DNA from: an uncultured Planctomycetia bacterium
Lineage (GTDB): Bacteria > Omnitrophota > Gorgyraeia > B26-G9
Assembly: GCA_964437495.1 (NCBI GenBank)
Contig: CAYTGV010000004.1
Coordinates: 40,413-104,412 of the forward strand
Direction of reading: 5' to 3'
DNA length: 64,000 nt
The position numbers and the translations under genes are program-made. Below, piece by piece: positions 31,377 through 41,809 of the stretch; within the stretch, counting starts at the first letter, position 1, and every line of letters begins with the position of its first letter. The notes beneath the pieces are model-generated. The model was not told where the DNA came from. It worked only from the letters and a program-made list of their open reading frames with translations, and ran no database searches.

Positions 31377-32681
31377 TTATTCAAGCTCTAACTCCCATTT
31401 AATAATCTCATCCTTTGCCGCACGCGTATTCGGCGCCTCAGGAACCGCCTGAACATATATATTCATATAGTTAATCGCCTGCTGGTAATCTTCTATCTTC
31501 GCGTAAACAAGCGCAATATTAAAATAAAACCTGGCAATGAACGGATCGCTGCTGATTGCTTTTTTAAATTCCACAAGCGCGGGTTTAAACTCACCTTTTT
31601 TAACAAGGGTTTCCGCTCTTATGGAATACTTGTGCGCAATTTCGGATATATTCGCAGGCTCAGACATGCGCTGGATAATCTCAAACAGTTTATCCCTTAT
31701 TTGCCCTTTACGCTCTTTACTTAAAAATATCATTGCCTTTGAATATTCATTAAGCGCTTCTTGAAATCCGCCTTTATCTTCAAACTGTCTTGCTTTACTT
31801 AAAATACTCTCTGTCTCAGGAGCAAGGGCATCAAATAATTCCTGCTCTTCGCTTATGTAAGGAATTTTTTTTAGAAATGACTCATCCCCAACAATTTTCT
31901 CCTCATACAACTTTATTGCTTTTTTAAAATCTCCTTGTCTAGCGTAGGCCTCAGCCATCAGCAACAATACAAAAACATCTTCCTGGTCTGCTCTGGATAA
32001 GATTTCTATTGCTTGCTCATAATCGCCGGTATCAAGAGTTGCCGCGCCAAACGCTTTTTTGGCTTTTGAAAAATCAGGCGCCATCCTAATCGCTTGCTCG
32101 GCATCCTGCATAGCATTATCATGTTCTCCCATTTTACGAGATATCAGGCATCTATCACTAAGCATCTTTGCGCTCTTTTCCGATTCAGGCAAGTCAATAA
32201 CATCTCTGACCATCACAAGATTAGATTTCCTTTTATCCCTTCTTACTAAAACCTTAACCTTTGCGCCTTTTTTCCCTAGTAAATTTTCCACAACCTGGCT
32301 ACCATTCTTATTTTTCATAGAAATACCGTTAATCTTGATTATTTCATCATTGACCATGGCTCCTGCTTTTTCAGCCGGTTTATCTTTAAAAATCTCGATA
32401 ATTTTCGGAAACGGCGTGCCGGGGCCAATTCGCATACCTACACCAATATATTTATTTTGTTCAATAATCTTGTCAATTTCCACAAGAGCGCTTTCATATT
32501 GCCCCATGTAATAATATGTCCCTGTATCATTGGAAGCCTTTTGTTTGCGAAAGCGCCGACTCATTCTGGCTTTGATTTTGGTCTTATCTCTAGCGTTTGA
32601 ATCACCCGCGAATATTACAGGAACAAAAACCATTTGCGCGAATAATTCTAAACATATCAAACAAACTATTACACTTCTCAT
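31377..32681 (-). CDS. TPR-repeat + PDZ-domain protein, N-terminal signal/TM
   Basis: PDZ-like block GVGMRIGPGTPFPKIIEIFKDKPAEKAGAMVNDEIIKINGISM, with multiple TPR-like helical repeats in the C-terminal half. The start is set at the Met before the hydrophobic segment (MRSVIVCLICLELFA), with a GGAGGG RBS on the minus strand. The track ORF extends to 32759. Confidence 0.55.
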   Translation of the reverse strand: MRSVIVCLICLELFAQMVFVPVIFAGDSNARDKTKIKARMSRRFRKQKASNDTGTYYYMGQYESALVEIDKIIEQNKYIGVGMRIGPGTPFPKIIEIFKDKPAEKAGAMVNDEIIKINGISMKNKNGSQVVENLLGKKGAKVKVLVRRDKRKSNLVMVRDVIDLPESEKSAKMLSDRCLISRKMGEHDNAMQDAEQAIRMAPDFSKAKKAFGAATLDTGDYEQAIEILSRADQEDVFVLLLMAEAYARQGDFKKAIKLYEEKIVGDESFLKKIPYISEEQELFDALAPETESILSKARQFEDKGGFQEALNEYSKAMIFLSKERKGQIRDKLFEIIQRMSEPANISEIAHKYSIRAETLVKKGEFKPALVEFKKAISSDPFIARFYFNIALVYAKIEDYQQAINYMNIYVQAVPEAPNTRAAKDEIIKWELELE

Positions 32682-33077
32682 AAACCCTCCCCTTAAAACA
32701 TATTTTATATAAACCGCGACCATAATATCCTTAAACATATTATACCATTTACAACTCACAAATTCTTATTTTTTTAATGACACAATTTTTATTAAAATTC
32801 ATGAGGAGATATTTTTAGCATTTACTATCTTTTTTTAACAATCTGTTTATGCTTGTCTCGTGTGTTCTAACTAGTTTCTATTAGGAAATAACCTATTAAA
32901 AACGAGTCTCAATCTGCCCCAAAATTATTTTTGATCAAACCAATAAGTAATAAAACCTACCTAATTTAAAATTTAAATAATCTGTACTAATATTCCCGAT
33001 AAAAACTTTTTATGCCTTGTTTAGAAAGTCTAGTCTGTTTATTTTGTAACTTGTTGCTATAATTATAGTTATGTCAT

Positions 33078-33106
33078 GCAATTATATTTGCAAAATCTCC
33101 GAATGC
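33078..33106 (+). promoter_or_regulatory. Promoter TTGCAA-N17-TGGTATACT for the giant repeat-protein gene
   Basis: TTTGCAAAATCTCCGAATGCATGGTATACTTTATAACC; nearly identical in architecture to the promoter at 42015-42043. Confidence 0.45.
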
Positions 33107-33182
33107 ATGGTATACTTTATAACCTTTTACAATGAATAGGTACTTATTATTTATAAAGTAGAGTTTTAACTTTAAATTAATT

Positions 33183-36100
33183 ATGAAAAGACAAAATAAA
33201 AAACCTCAAAAAATAATCGCGATTATACTAGTGCAATCATTCTTAATCAGTAATCTTGCCTGGGCCGGGACAAGTTCTGTTTTTTTAGCTAAAAATAAGA
33301 ATATAGCTACTCTTTCGCCGCAAACGATTATTAGCACAACTGCTTTTCAACAAGCTTGTGCCACTTATGCTTTTTGGAGTAAGCGTGTTCCAGGAATAGA
33401 TGCTTTGTCGCAAAAATACACAAATGCCAAAATGACTCAAGAGGCCTTAAATGCTATTCCTAAACAATACTGCACTGATTTTTATTTAAATCGAAGTTTT
33501 GTTAAAGGTGGTAATCCGATACTATATGAGGCGTGTAACCGTTTTAGCATAAAAGTTCCTAAATTAAAATATACTGATGTGCATGTAGTTTATACAAAAT
33601 TAAAAACCATACTAGAAAAAGATAGAACTGCTAAGGCCCTTAAAAGAAAAGTTAAAGATGGCGGGGATTCGAATTTATTAAAATATATTTATAAATACAA
33701 AAAAGAGTTAAAGGATATTTATGGGTTTGAATTACAAACTGATATTCAGCATGCAAAATATGATACGCCGAAAGCAGTATTTGATGCATTAATGGAAGTT
33801 CCAGAAAAAAAGCGTACTCGGAAACTGCTTGGTCGCAGCAAAGAAGATAAGGGTAATGTCACACTTTTAAGATGGTATGTAAAATTTGAAGCAGAAATTC
33901 TTAAAAAATATGATTATTATATACCCAAAGAACACACTAGCCGTCCGGCAGTAGAATATAATTCTGCTAAGGATGTTTATGATGCGTTAATGGCTTTAAA
34001 GCCAAAACAAAGAACTATGGATTATCTGGATCGCTCAGTGAAAGAAGGGGGTGACCGGAGATTATTAACGGCATATCGTAAATATAAAAAGGAAATTAAG
34101 CAAAAATATAAAATAGAAATAAAACGCCGGGAAATTGATAAGCTTTACGGAACATGGCAAGCAACATATCAAGCATTAATGCAGATCCCGGAACAACGGC
34201 GGACTACCTGGCATCTTAACCAGCCGAAATTGGAAAAGGGAAACAGGACCCTGTTAAAAGCAGCACGTGCTTTTAAAAAGCAATTAAAAGAGAAAAAAGG
34301 TTTTGAGCTGCCAGTACAGGAAAATCCGCTGCTTAATCAGTCCTTAAAATATCCTGATCCAAAATCTGTATATGAGGCTATAATTGCCCGAGATGAATCA
34401 GATCAAACTGTAAAAAGCTTAGATCGCATAATAGACGAGGATGGAGACAGAAAATTACTGGAACGTTATTATGTTTTTGAAGAGCAGATAAAAGAACTTT
34501 TTAATTATGAGCTAAAGCGGGATAAGGGTAAGTACGCAGAGACAAAAGATATTTATAATGCGATTATGGCGCGCCAACCAGAACAAAGGACTAGGCAGGC
34601 TTTAGATAAAGATAAAAAATACTTTGGAGACAGGTGTCTGCTTAAACGCATATTAGCTAAAGAAAAAGAATTACTTGAAGAATTTGGATTTGTCCTGGAA
34701 AAAGAAAAATATCAAAGGCCTTTAAAATATCCAACTCCTGAATCAGTTTATCAGGCGTTAATGGCGCGTGATTCGCAACTGCGTACAGTTGTGGCTTTAA
34801 AAACAAGCAAAGCGAATAAAGGCAATCGCGTGCTGCTTAAAGCCTATTATGAACATAAATTTGAAATCGCCAGAAAATTTCATTTTACTTTACCCAAAGC
34901 TAATGCGGCAAGTTATCCTGATTTTAAAATTACCTATAAAGCGCTGATGGAACTATCTCCGGAACTGCTTACCGCAAAAAGCCTGGATCGACCGGATCAG
35001 GAATACGGTAATAGAAGTTTGCTTAAAGCTTATCGTAAATTTAAAAAAGAATTACGTGAAACTTATGGATTTGTAATGCCCAAAGCGCAGCGTAAAAGAA
35101 TTGCAAAATATCAAACGCCGGAGGATGTCTATCAAGCAATAATGGCGCGGCCTGAAAATGAGCGGACCCAGACTAGCTTAAGGCGTAAAAAAGATGATGA
35201 TGGCGACCCGGCATTATTAAAAGAATATTATAGACATAAACAAGAGATATTTGAAAAATATGGTTTTAATTTAACGCAAGAAACAGAACCCATGTATCCG
35301 GATGGAAAAAGCACAAAAAAAGCATTAATGGAATTACCCGAAAAAGATCGCACTACCAAGCGCCTGGATGAATTAGGTTTATACTCATTACGCAAAGCTT
35401 GTAATAATTTTGAAATCCCTTTGCCAAAAGAAGAAAAGGCCTTAGATTATCCGGATCGGGAATCAGCGATTGCGGTTCTGAAAGAGATTCCCCTAAGAGA
35501 TCGTACTGCAGCGCGTTTACGCAGAAAAACAGAAGACGGGGGTAATCCTACATTATTGAATAACTGTTATAAATATGCGATTCGCTTACCTAAAGAAGAG
35601 GTAATGCAAGCCTATCCGAAAAAACAAAAAGTATTAGATGACTTAGCCAAATTATCAGAGCAAGATAAGTTGCCGAGCCGTCTTAGCCGTCAGCCATCAA
35701 AAGGAGGAAACCCTTTATTGTTTTTAGCCATCCTTGAGCATGAAATAGAGTTACCGAAAGATCAAAGAAAATATCCGAATAAGCGGCTGGCAGAAATGAT
35801 GTTAAGCCGGCTGCCGAAAAGAATGCGTACTGCTAGAATGCTCCACCCAACAAGAAATCCCTACGGAGAAGGTGATTATACGCTGTATATGCGGTGTTTA
35901 GAATTTAAAATACCTTTGGAAAGAGAACCGTCTGAATTTATTTATCCTACAGTTGAAGCAACATACAAAGCTTTAAAAGCAATACCTAAAGAAAAACGAA
36001 CCCGTACGCATTTGATGCTGCCTAAAGATACAGGAGGAGATCCAACGCTTTATAATGCATTTAAAAGATTTAGAAAAGAATTAAAACAAAAATATAATTT

Positions 36101-39059
36101 TAAGATTGAACGGGAACATGCGTGGAAATATAAAACTAAAGAACAAGCTTTAGCCGCCTTTAATGCTTTGGCGTCTGAGGATAGAACGGCGGGTAAATTA
36201 TTACGTACTAAAAAAAATAAAGGTAATTTTGCACTCTATTATGCTTGTATCAGGTTTGAAATATCCTTTGCAGAACCGGTTTCAGTAAAAAAGTATCCGG
36301 ATACTGAATCGGCCAGAGAAGGATTAATGGCACGGCCTTTGGAAAAACGTTATGCTTCGGAGCTGACAAAATTAAAAGGAGAAGGCGGTGACCCTTCTTT
36401 GTATGATGCTTGTTTAGAATTTAAGATCCCTTTACCGATAAAAGAAAAACAGGAACTAATATACAGTGATGAAAAGATTACTTTTGTGGCATTGATGGAA
36501 ATTCCGGAAGAAGAAAGATTTGTTTCTAAATTAAGCCGGCCTAAACCGAAAGGTAATCCGACTTTATTAGCAGCTTATTATAAATTCAGATCAATACTAA
36601 AAGCAGTTTACGGATTTGCAATGAAGGCGATAATTAGATCTCCGTATCCGACGCTAGAAGCAGCGCAGGCAGCTTTAGAAAAACGTCCGGAATCTGAACG
36701 TACAGTAACAGCATTGGATCAAGCTTATCCTAAAGGTAACAGAGCATTGCTCAGAGCCGCAAGAAAATTTAAAATTGAATTACCTAAAGGAAATGCTAAA
36801 CAATATCCAGATGCAGAATCGGTATATACAGCTTTAAAAAATAGAAAAGAAAAGCTTAATACATCAAAAATGCTTAACCGCCCTAGAGGTCAGGGAGGCA
36901 ATCGCACATTATTATTGGATTATTATGAACATCGCGATCAAATAAAAGAAGAGTTTAATTATGTTCTGCCGCAGGAAGAAAGAAAAGGTATGAATGCAAA
37001 ATACAAGACTCCGGAAGAGGCTCAAGCAGTATTGAATGAACGTTCTGAAGGGGAGCGTACTGCGAAAAGTTTAAGACAAAAGAAAGATGAAGGCGGAGAT
37101 TGGGCATTGTATGCTGCGTGTAAACGCTTTGGTATTAAATTAGATGATCCAAAGCCCATGCAGGCAGGTTACGATCGCTACAAAGAAGAAGTCCTTAAAT
37201 CCATGGACAGTGTGAATATAGATGTTTTTGATTATTGGCAGAGAATGCAGGAAGTAAACGCTAAAGAAAGAGATTCAAGGCGTAGCGTATTAATAGAATA
37301 TTTTATGCCGATGATTTTTAATAAAGCAGAAAACGGAAAAAAAGCAAAAGAGATTAATTTTTATAGAAATATATCTTATAACCAAGCCTATCATTATGAT
37401 GATCTGATCAATAGCGCAGTGATTGCGGTAATGGAAGCCATAGAATTTTGGCATCCGGATTTAAGTTTAGAAGAAGATAATACTGTTGAAGCGCAAGCCA
37501 GAGCGGATATTAATGAATATATAGAGGCTAAGATAAATCAAGCCATGGGCCTTGAGAAAAAAGTAATCTATCAGAATAAATGGACACATAGCTCAATTGA
37601 GACACCTTCTGGGAATAAAGGGGGGAATAATGTAAATAGTAAACCGGGTAAATTTGGCGGAAGTAATCATAAGACTTTGGGTGATACCCTCAAGAGTGAA
37701 GCGGAGTCTGTTGATAATACTATATCGCGTTTTGAGAAAATGCAGGAAGTTTTAGAGAATTTCAAAAAAGCAGATTACAGTTTTATTCAGAGTGCGATTA
37801 ATACACTTGATTCTGAGACAGCAGCAAATTTTGATTTAGATGAAAGTCTGCTTTTAAGTAAAGCAGAAAAGCTTAATTTTCAAAAAGATTTATTAGCATA
37901 TTGTAATAAAAAAGATATTTTAAAACATATCCCTGGAAAGTTTTCGATTTGGCTGATGGGCAGCTTGGGGAATATTGGCCTTGCGCGAAAGGGATTAAGT
38001 GATGTGAATATATTGATTGTAACTGATGCTCCAGAAAATAGTTTAAGGCAAACGATCGTGGATATCAGAACCGCAATTGGTAGCGGGTTAATAAAAGTCG
38101 GTAAAGATGGTAATGTTACTTTAGAAATAGGCAGAGATGATGATTATCGGGATATGGTGTTTAATGCGCAGGATTTCTTAACGCTTACGGAAAGATATGA
38201 TCTGGGAAATCAAGAAAAAGGGATTGCTTCGATTGAGATTGTATCTGTAAACACAGCTGATGCGGGTAGTAACCGTGCAATCCATAGAGCGCAGTTTCAT
38301 TTAACTGAAGATTTATATCAAATGGGTGAAAACGCGGCGTTGATCGCAGAATCACAACCCGGCGTTGCCCAGCAGACAAAAGATGAATTTAAACAAAACA
38401 TTGCTATGGGCAATCATGATTATTTATTCTTTATGAATGATTATTTAATGGGCTTTTTTATGAAACAAGTACGTAAAGTAATTGCCGCGCATAAATTTGC
38501 GCACCCGGGAAAAGGGAAAACAAAAACAGTTAAGCCTGAAGCAGTAATTAAAATTGAACCCGGTTCAATAATTAAATTTCCTAAACCTAAAATATCCTGG
38601 ATATCTCCCAATCAAGTTAAATTGGGAGAAACAATTGTTAATGTGATCAGAAACAATGGTTCGCTGTCCATTCAATTAACTGGAGTTTTAACTGAAGGGG
38701 TTGATTCTTACCAGGAATTTTGGCAGCAGGTCGCAAAAGATTTTGATGGTAAAGAAATTTTTGTTGATGATCCGGAAGTTGACACAAATAATATTAACCC
38801 GGCAATGCTTGTGGCTATAGAAGAGCAGACTGATCAGATCTGTGATATTTTAGCGAATCAGGCAGAGGCTTTATATGCAGGAGAAGCTGTCTTGCGGCGT
38901 ATTGATCATGATCCTGATTTCTCGGATATTAAAGTGTTAGAATTTCAGGAAAATGATAAAATGATGGCAATGTTAGCTTCGACTCTAAAAGATAAATCCT
39001 TAAAGAAAAATAATTTTAATTTGCAGGCAGAACCAAAATTAATCGAGCAGGCCATTTAA
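33183..39059 (+). CDS. Giant (1958 aa) signal-peptide protein: ~19 tandem ~65-aa repeats, sigma70-region-2-like segment and C-terminal nucleotidyltransferase-like domain
   Basis: Signal peptide IIAIILVQSFLISNLAWAG. Repeat unit YP(D/T)xESVYxALMxxPExxRTxxxLxRxxxxGGNxxLLxAYxKFKxELxxKYGFxLP. The segment RNISYNQAYHYDDLINSAVIAVMEAIEFWHPD resembles sigma70 region 2 (DLIQEGNIGLMKAVEKFDP). GSLGNIGLARKGLSDVNILIVTD fits the minimal nucleotidyltransferase motif hG[GS]x9-13Dh[DE]h. Confidence 0.6.
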   Translation: MKRQNKKPQKIIAIILVQSFLISNLAWAGTSSVFLAKNKNIATLSPQTIISTTAFQQACATYAFWSKRVPGIDALSQKYTNAKMTQEALNAIPKQYCTDFYLNRSFVKGGNPILYEACNRFSIKVPKLKYTDVHVVYTKLKTILEKDRTAKALKRKVKDGGDSNLLKYIYKYKKELKDIYGFELQTDIQHAKYDTPKAVFDALMEVPEKKRTRKLLGRSKEDKGNVTLLRWYVKFEAEILKKYDYYIPKEHTSRPAVEYNSAKDVYDALMALKPKQRTMDYLDRSVKEGGDRRLLTAYRKYKKEIKQKYKIEIKRREIDKLYGTWQATYQALMQIPEQRRTTWHLNQPKLEKGNRTLLKAARAFKKQLKEKKGFELPVQENPLLNQSLKYPDPKSVYEAIIARDESDQTVKSLDRIIDEDGDRKLLERYYVFEEQIKELFNYELKRDKGKYAETKDIYNAIMARQPEQRTRQALDKDKKYFGDRCLLKRILAKEKELLEEFGFVLEKEKYQRPLKYPTPESVYQALMARDSQLRTVVALKTSKANKGNRVLLKAYYEHKFEIARKFHFTLPKANAASYPDFKITYKALMELSPELLTAKSLDRPDQEYGNRSLLKAYRKFKKELRETYGFVMPKAQRKRIAKYQTPEDVYQAIMARPENERTQTSLRRKKDDDGDPALLKEYYRHKQEIFEKYGFNLTQETEPMYPDGKSTKKALMELPEKDRTTKRLDELGLYSLRKACNNFEIPLPKEEKALDYPDRESAIAVLKEIPLRDRTAARLRRKTEDGGNPTLLNNCYKYAIRLPKEEVMQAYPKKQKVLDDLAKLSEQDKLPSRLSRQPSKGGNPLLFLAILEHEIELPKDQRKYPNKRLAEMMLSRLPKRMRTARMLHPTRNPYGEGDYTLYMRCLEFKIPLEREPSEFIYPTVEATYKALKAIPKEKRTRTHLMLPKDTGGDPTLYNAFKRFRKELKQKYNFKIEREHAWKYKTKEQALAAFNALASEDRTAGKLLRTKKNKGNFALYYACIRFEISFAEPVSVKKYPDTESAREGLMARPLEKRYASELTKLKGEGGDPSLYDACLEFKIPLPIKEKQELIYSDEKITFVALMEIPEEERFVSKLSRPKPKGNPTLLAAYYKFRSILKAVYGFAMKAIIRSPYPTLEAAQAALEKRPESERTVTALDQAYPKGNRALLRAARKFKIELPKGNAKQYPDAESVYTALKNRKEKLNTSKMLNRPRGQGGNRTLLLDYYEHRDQIKEEFNYVLPQEERKGMNAKYKTPEEAQAVLNERSEGERTAKSLRQKKDEGGDWALYAACKRFGIKLDDPKPMQAGYDRYKEEVLKSMDSVNIDVFDYWQRMQEVNAKERDSRRSVLIEYFMPMIFNKAENGKKAKEINFYRNISYNQAYHYDDLINSAVIAVMEAIEFWHPDLSLEEDNTVEAQARADINEYIEAKINQAMGLEKKVIYQNKWTHSSIETPSGNKGGNNVNSKPGKFGGSNHKTLGDTLKSEAESVDNTISRFEKMQEVLENFKKADYSFIQSAINTLDSETAANFDLDESLLLSKAEKLNFQKDLLAYCNKKDILKHIPGKFSIWLMGSLGNIGLARKGLSDVNILIVTDAPENSLRQTIVDIRTAIGSGLIKVGKDGNVTLEIGRDDDYRDMVFNAQDFLTLTERYDLGNQEKGIASIEIVSVNTADAGSNRAIHRAQFHLTEDLYQMGENAALIAESQPGVAQQTKDEFKQNIAMGNHDYLFFMNDYLMGFFMKQVRKVIAAHKFAHPGKGKTKTVKPEAVIKIEPGSIIKFPKPKISWISPNQVKLGETIVNVIRNNGSLSIQLTGVLTEGVDSYQEFWQQVAKDFDGKEIFVDDPEVDTNNINPAMLVAIEEQTDQICDILANQAEALYAGEAVLRRIDHDPDFSDIKVLEFQENDKMMAMLASTLKDKSLKKNNFNLQAEPKLIEQAI

Positions 39060-39159
39060 ATAAAATTTACTAATCTTAACCCATCAATAATAAGCAAAGC
39101 CTCTCTTTTTTTACCCTCAAAGTGGTTTCAGTCGTACAAATAACTAAAAGTAGGTAATG

Positions 39160-39233
39160 GGGGCAGGTCTGGCCATAGACAAATCTTATTAGTTTATGAA
39201 TATTTCGTTAATAGTTCTGACCTGACCCCATAA
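39160..39233 (+). mobile_element. MITE-like mini-element with the same inverted ends as 31113-31360
   Basis: GGGGGCAGGTCTGGCC ... TAATAGTTCTGACCTGACCCCA. Confidence 0.3.
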
Positions 39234-39518
39234 CTTACTACTGTGGAAAGCTCATTTTATCGTTAAATCTCGTAGTACCTGATGAAAATCCTGTTCTAGA
39301 ACCGGCAACAATGTTATTATTGGGCAGCGGCTTGGCTGGATTAATTGCGATAAAAAGGAAAAAAATATAATAGCGTAAAATTTGATATTTTTAAAGGGCG
39401 CTTCAGGGCTTCAGGGTTGAGGAGCTCTTTTTATTTTTTTATGTATTTCAATCAAGTGTTTTGTAAATTTTTAATGTGTGTTATAATATATTTATTATAA
39501 GGAAAGGAAGAAGCAGAA

Positions 39519-39974
39519 TTGATAATACCCCAAAGGTTAAAAGAATTATTAGAAAAGGCAGATTGGATATGTCTTGCAACTCGCAATCAAAGTGGACACC
39601 CAAATGCTGCGAATAAATTTTTACTTCAATGCGAAGATGAGCATGTGTTAATTGTTGATTTTGTGCATGGAAGCACTCTTGATAATATTCTACATTATCC
39701 CAAAGCATCATTTGCAGTAATTGATTTAGAGAACTTGATTGATTATCAATTTTTTGGTGAGGTTGAAATTATTAAGGAAGGTCAGCTTCATGAGAAATTA
39801 ATAAACTTTTTAGAGGAAAAACATGCGCGATTTTCAACAAATAGGATAATTGAGGGAATTAGAAGGTCGAGAAAATTTAATAATAATGTATTGCCAGATA
39901 CTGATGGTGCAGTTATATTGAAAATAAATATAATGGATATTGTAGTTCGTGGGCCTAGAATAGAGATTAAATAA
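39519..39974 (+). CDS. Pyridoxamine-5'-phosphate-oxidase-like (FMN-binding split barrel) family protein
   Basis: 151 aa with TTG start and GGAAAGGAAG RBS. WICLATRNQSGHPNAANKFLLQCEDEHVLIVDF resembles the PNPOx-like fold. Assignment is weak. Confidence 0.3.
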   Translation: MIIPQRLKELLEKADWICLATRNQSGHPNAANKFLLQCEDEHVLIVDFVHGSTLDNILHYPKASFAVIDLENLIDYQFFGEVEIIKEGQLHEKLINFLEEKHARFSTNRIIEGIRRSRKFNNNVLPDTDGAVILKINIMDIVVRGPRIEIK

Positions 39975-40014
39975 TAAAATTGATAAAGACAAACAGCCCA
40001 AGGAGATAATTTTA

Positions 40015-40060
40015 TTATTAGCTAAGGCAATTTGTCAATAGTAGAGACCTGACCCCCCGC
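40015..40060 (+). repeat. Third copy of the IS-remnant right end
   Basis: ATTAGCTAAGGCAATTTGTCAATAGTAGAGACCTGACCCC; 38 of 40 nt identical to 31318-31357. Confidence 0.45.
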
Positions 40061-40099
40061 CCCACTCAACACCTAGTTGCAATAATATAAAGGCATCAG

Positions 40100-40336
40100 A
40101 TGAGCAATAATACAAATAAGGACCCGCTTCACGGCATTACTCTTAAGGCGATTCTTGCCTATCTGGTTGAAAAGCTAGGATGGGAAGATATGTCTGGCAA
40201 AATAAGGATAAACTGCTTTGCTAAAGACCCGAGCATTAAGTCCAGCCTGTCTTTTTTAAGGAAAACACCCTGGGCGAGAAAAAAAGTGGAACGCCTGTAT
40301 TTAACTGAAATCAGCAAGGCGTCGAAAAGAGGCTAA
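40100..40336 (+). CDS. DUF2132 (VF530-like) small conserved protein
   Basis: [55 protein letters not shown] matches the conserved DUF2132 core. Confidence 0.55.
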   Translation: MSNNTNKDPLHGITLKAILAYLVEKLGWEDMSGKIRINCFAKDPSIKSSLSFLRKTPWARKKVERLYLTEISKASKRG

Positions 40337-40366
40337 GAGGCCTGATGTTCTAGAAAGGGGTTATTA

Positions 40367-40714
40367 ATGGATAGAATAAATGACATCACAGGAAAAATTA
40401 AGCATTTTCGGGATGAGCGCGATTGGCTTCAGTTTCATGATCCAAAAAACATGGCGGTCTCCATTATGCTTGAGGCCGCGGAATTGCTTGAGCATTTTCA
40501 ATGGAAAACAAAAGCAGAAGTAGAGGATTATATTAAGATCAACCGTGAGTCAGTACAGGAGGAGATCGCTGATATTTCCATGTATTTGTTTGAATTAGCG
40601 GATAATCTGGGCATTGACCTTCTCTTAGTTATGGAGAAAAAGCTTAAAAAAAATGCAGACAAATATCCTGTGGCCAAGGCCAAAGGAAGCCATAAGAAAT
40701 ATGACCAGTTGTAG
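40367..40714 (+). CDS. MazG-like nucleotide pyrophosphohydrolase domain protein
   Basis: FRDERDWLQFHDPKNMAVSIMLEAAELLEHFQWK is the MazG/YpjD-type EEXXE helix. Confidence 0.55.
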   Translation: MDRINDITGKIKHFRDERDWLQFHDPKNMAVSIMLEAAELLEHFQWKTKAEVEDYIKINRESVQEEIADISMYLFELADNLGIDLLLVMEKKLKKNADKYPVAKAKGSHKKYDQL

Positions 40715-40753
40715 AATAGCGCAAAGCTATTTAACTACATTATTAAAGAGATA

Positions 40754-41809
40754 TTGATGAATGATTTAAACAGCGATCCGATTAAGCCCAAGCGTCGTGT
40801 CCGGTATAAGGGTGCGCATCCTCGTAATTTTTCTGAAAAATATAAAGAACTTAATTTTGAGAAATATCCTGAGGATGTTGATAAAATTATTCTATCAGGC
40901 AAAACTCTGGCAGGCACACACCGGCCGATCTGTGTAGATGAAGTAATAGATGTTTTGAAGCCCATGCCAGAGCAGATTGGATTAGATGTGACATTAGGCT
41001 TTGGCGGGCATTCCCTTGAGCTGCTGAAAAGGATTATGCCTGATGGCAGATTGTTTGCTTTAGACATTGATCACTTAGAGCTTGCGCGTACACAGAAGCG
41101 CCTGCGTGCAATGGGATTTAGCGAAAGGGAATTAATCATTAAACATAGTAATTTTGCCGGAATGTATAAATTATTAGGTGAAGTTGGGGGAGGTTTTGAT
41201 TTTATTTTCGCTGACCTGGGAGTATCATCAATGCAGTTAGATAATCCTGCGAGGGGGTTTACATTTAAGAGAGAAGGGCCGTTAGACCTGCGGTTTAATC
41301 CTGAGCGTGGCCGACCGGCAACAGCATTGATCAGAGATTTAGATGAAAGGCAGCTGGAGGCATTGTTCATGGGGAATTCTGATGAGCCTTGCGCTCGGGT
41401 GATTGCCAAAGCGGTTTTTAAAAATAGCAATAAGATTCACAAAACAACGGATTTGGCTAATGTTATTGCCTGTGCTTTGGGCGCAAAATCGTGGCGTGAA
41501 TGCGGGATAAAAAGGAAAAATTCTATTCGTCGTGTTTTTCAGGCATTGCGTATTGAGGTCAATGATGAGTTTTCTGTGCTTGAGCAATTTTTAAGAAATC
41601 TGCCTTTTTGCCTGAAGCCTCAGGGACGTGTTGCGGTATTGAGCTTTCATCCCGGTGAGGATAATCGTATTATTGATTTTTTTGAACAAGGCCGGATTGC
41701 GGGCTTATATTCAGATATCAGCAGTAAGCCTGTTCGTCCAAGCGCAAAGGAACAATCTGCTAATCCGCGTTCTCAAAGTGCCAGGTTGCGCTGGGCAGTA
41801 AAGAAATAG
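40754..41809 (+). CDS. rsmH: 16S rRNA (cytosine1402-N4)-methyltransferase RsmH (MraW)
   Basis: HRPICVDEVIDVL, GLDVTLGFGGHS, ADLGVSSMQLDNPARGFTFKREGPLDLRF, FQALRIEVNDEF and VAVLSFHPGEDNRI match the RsmH blocks. It has a ~50-aa N-terminal extension. Confidence 0.8.
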   Translation: MMNDLNSDPIKPKRRVRYKGAHPRNFSEKYKELNFEKYPEDVDKIILSGKTLAGTHRPICVDEVIDVLKPMPEQIGLDVTLGFGGHSLELLKRIMPDGRLFALDIDHLELARTQKRLRAMGFSERELIIKHSNFAGMYKLLGEVGGGFDFIFADLGVSSMQLDNPARGFTFKREGPLDLRFNPERGRPATALIRDLDERQLEALFMGNSDEPCARVIAKAVFKNSNKIHKTTDLANVIACALGAKSWRECGIKRKNSIRRVFQALRIEVNDEFSVLEQFLRNLPFCLKPQGRVAVLSFHPGEDNRIIDFFEQGRIAGLYSDISSKPVRPSAKEQSANPRSQSARLRWAVKK

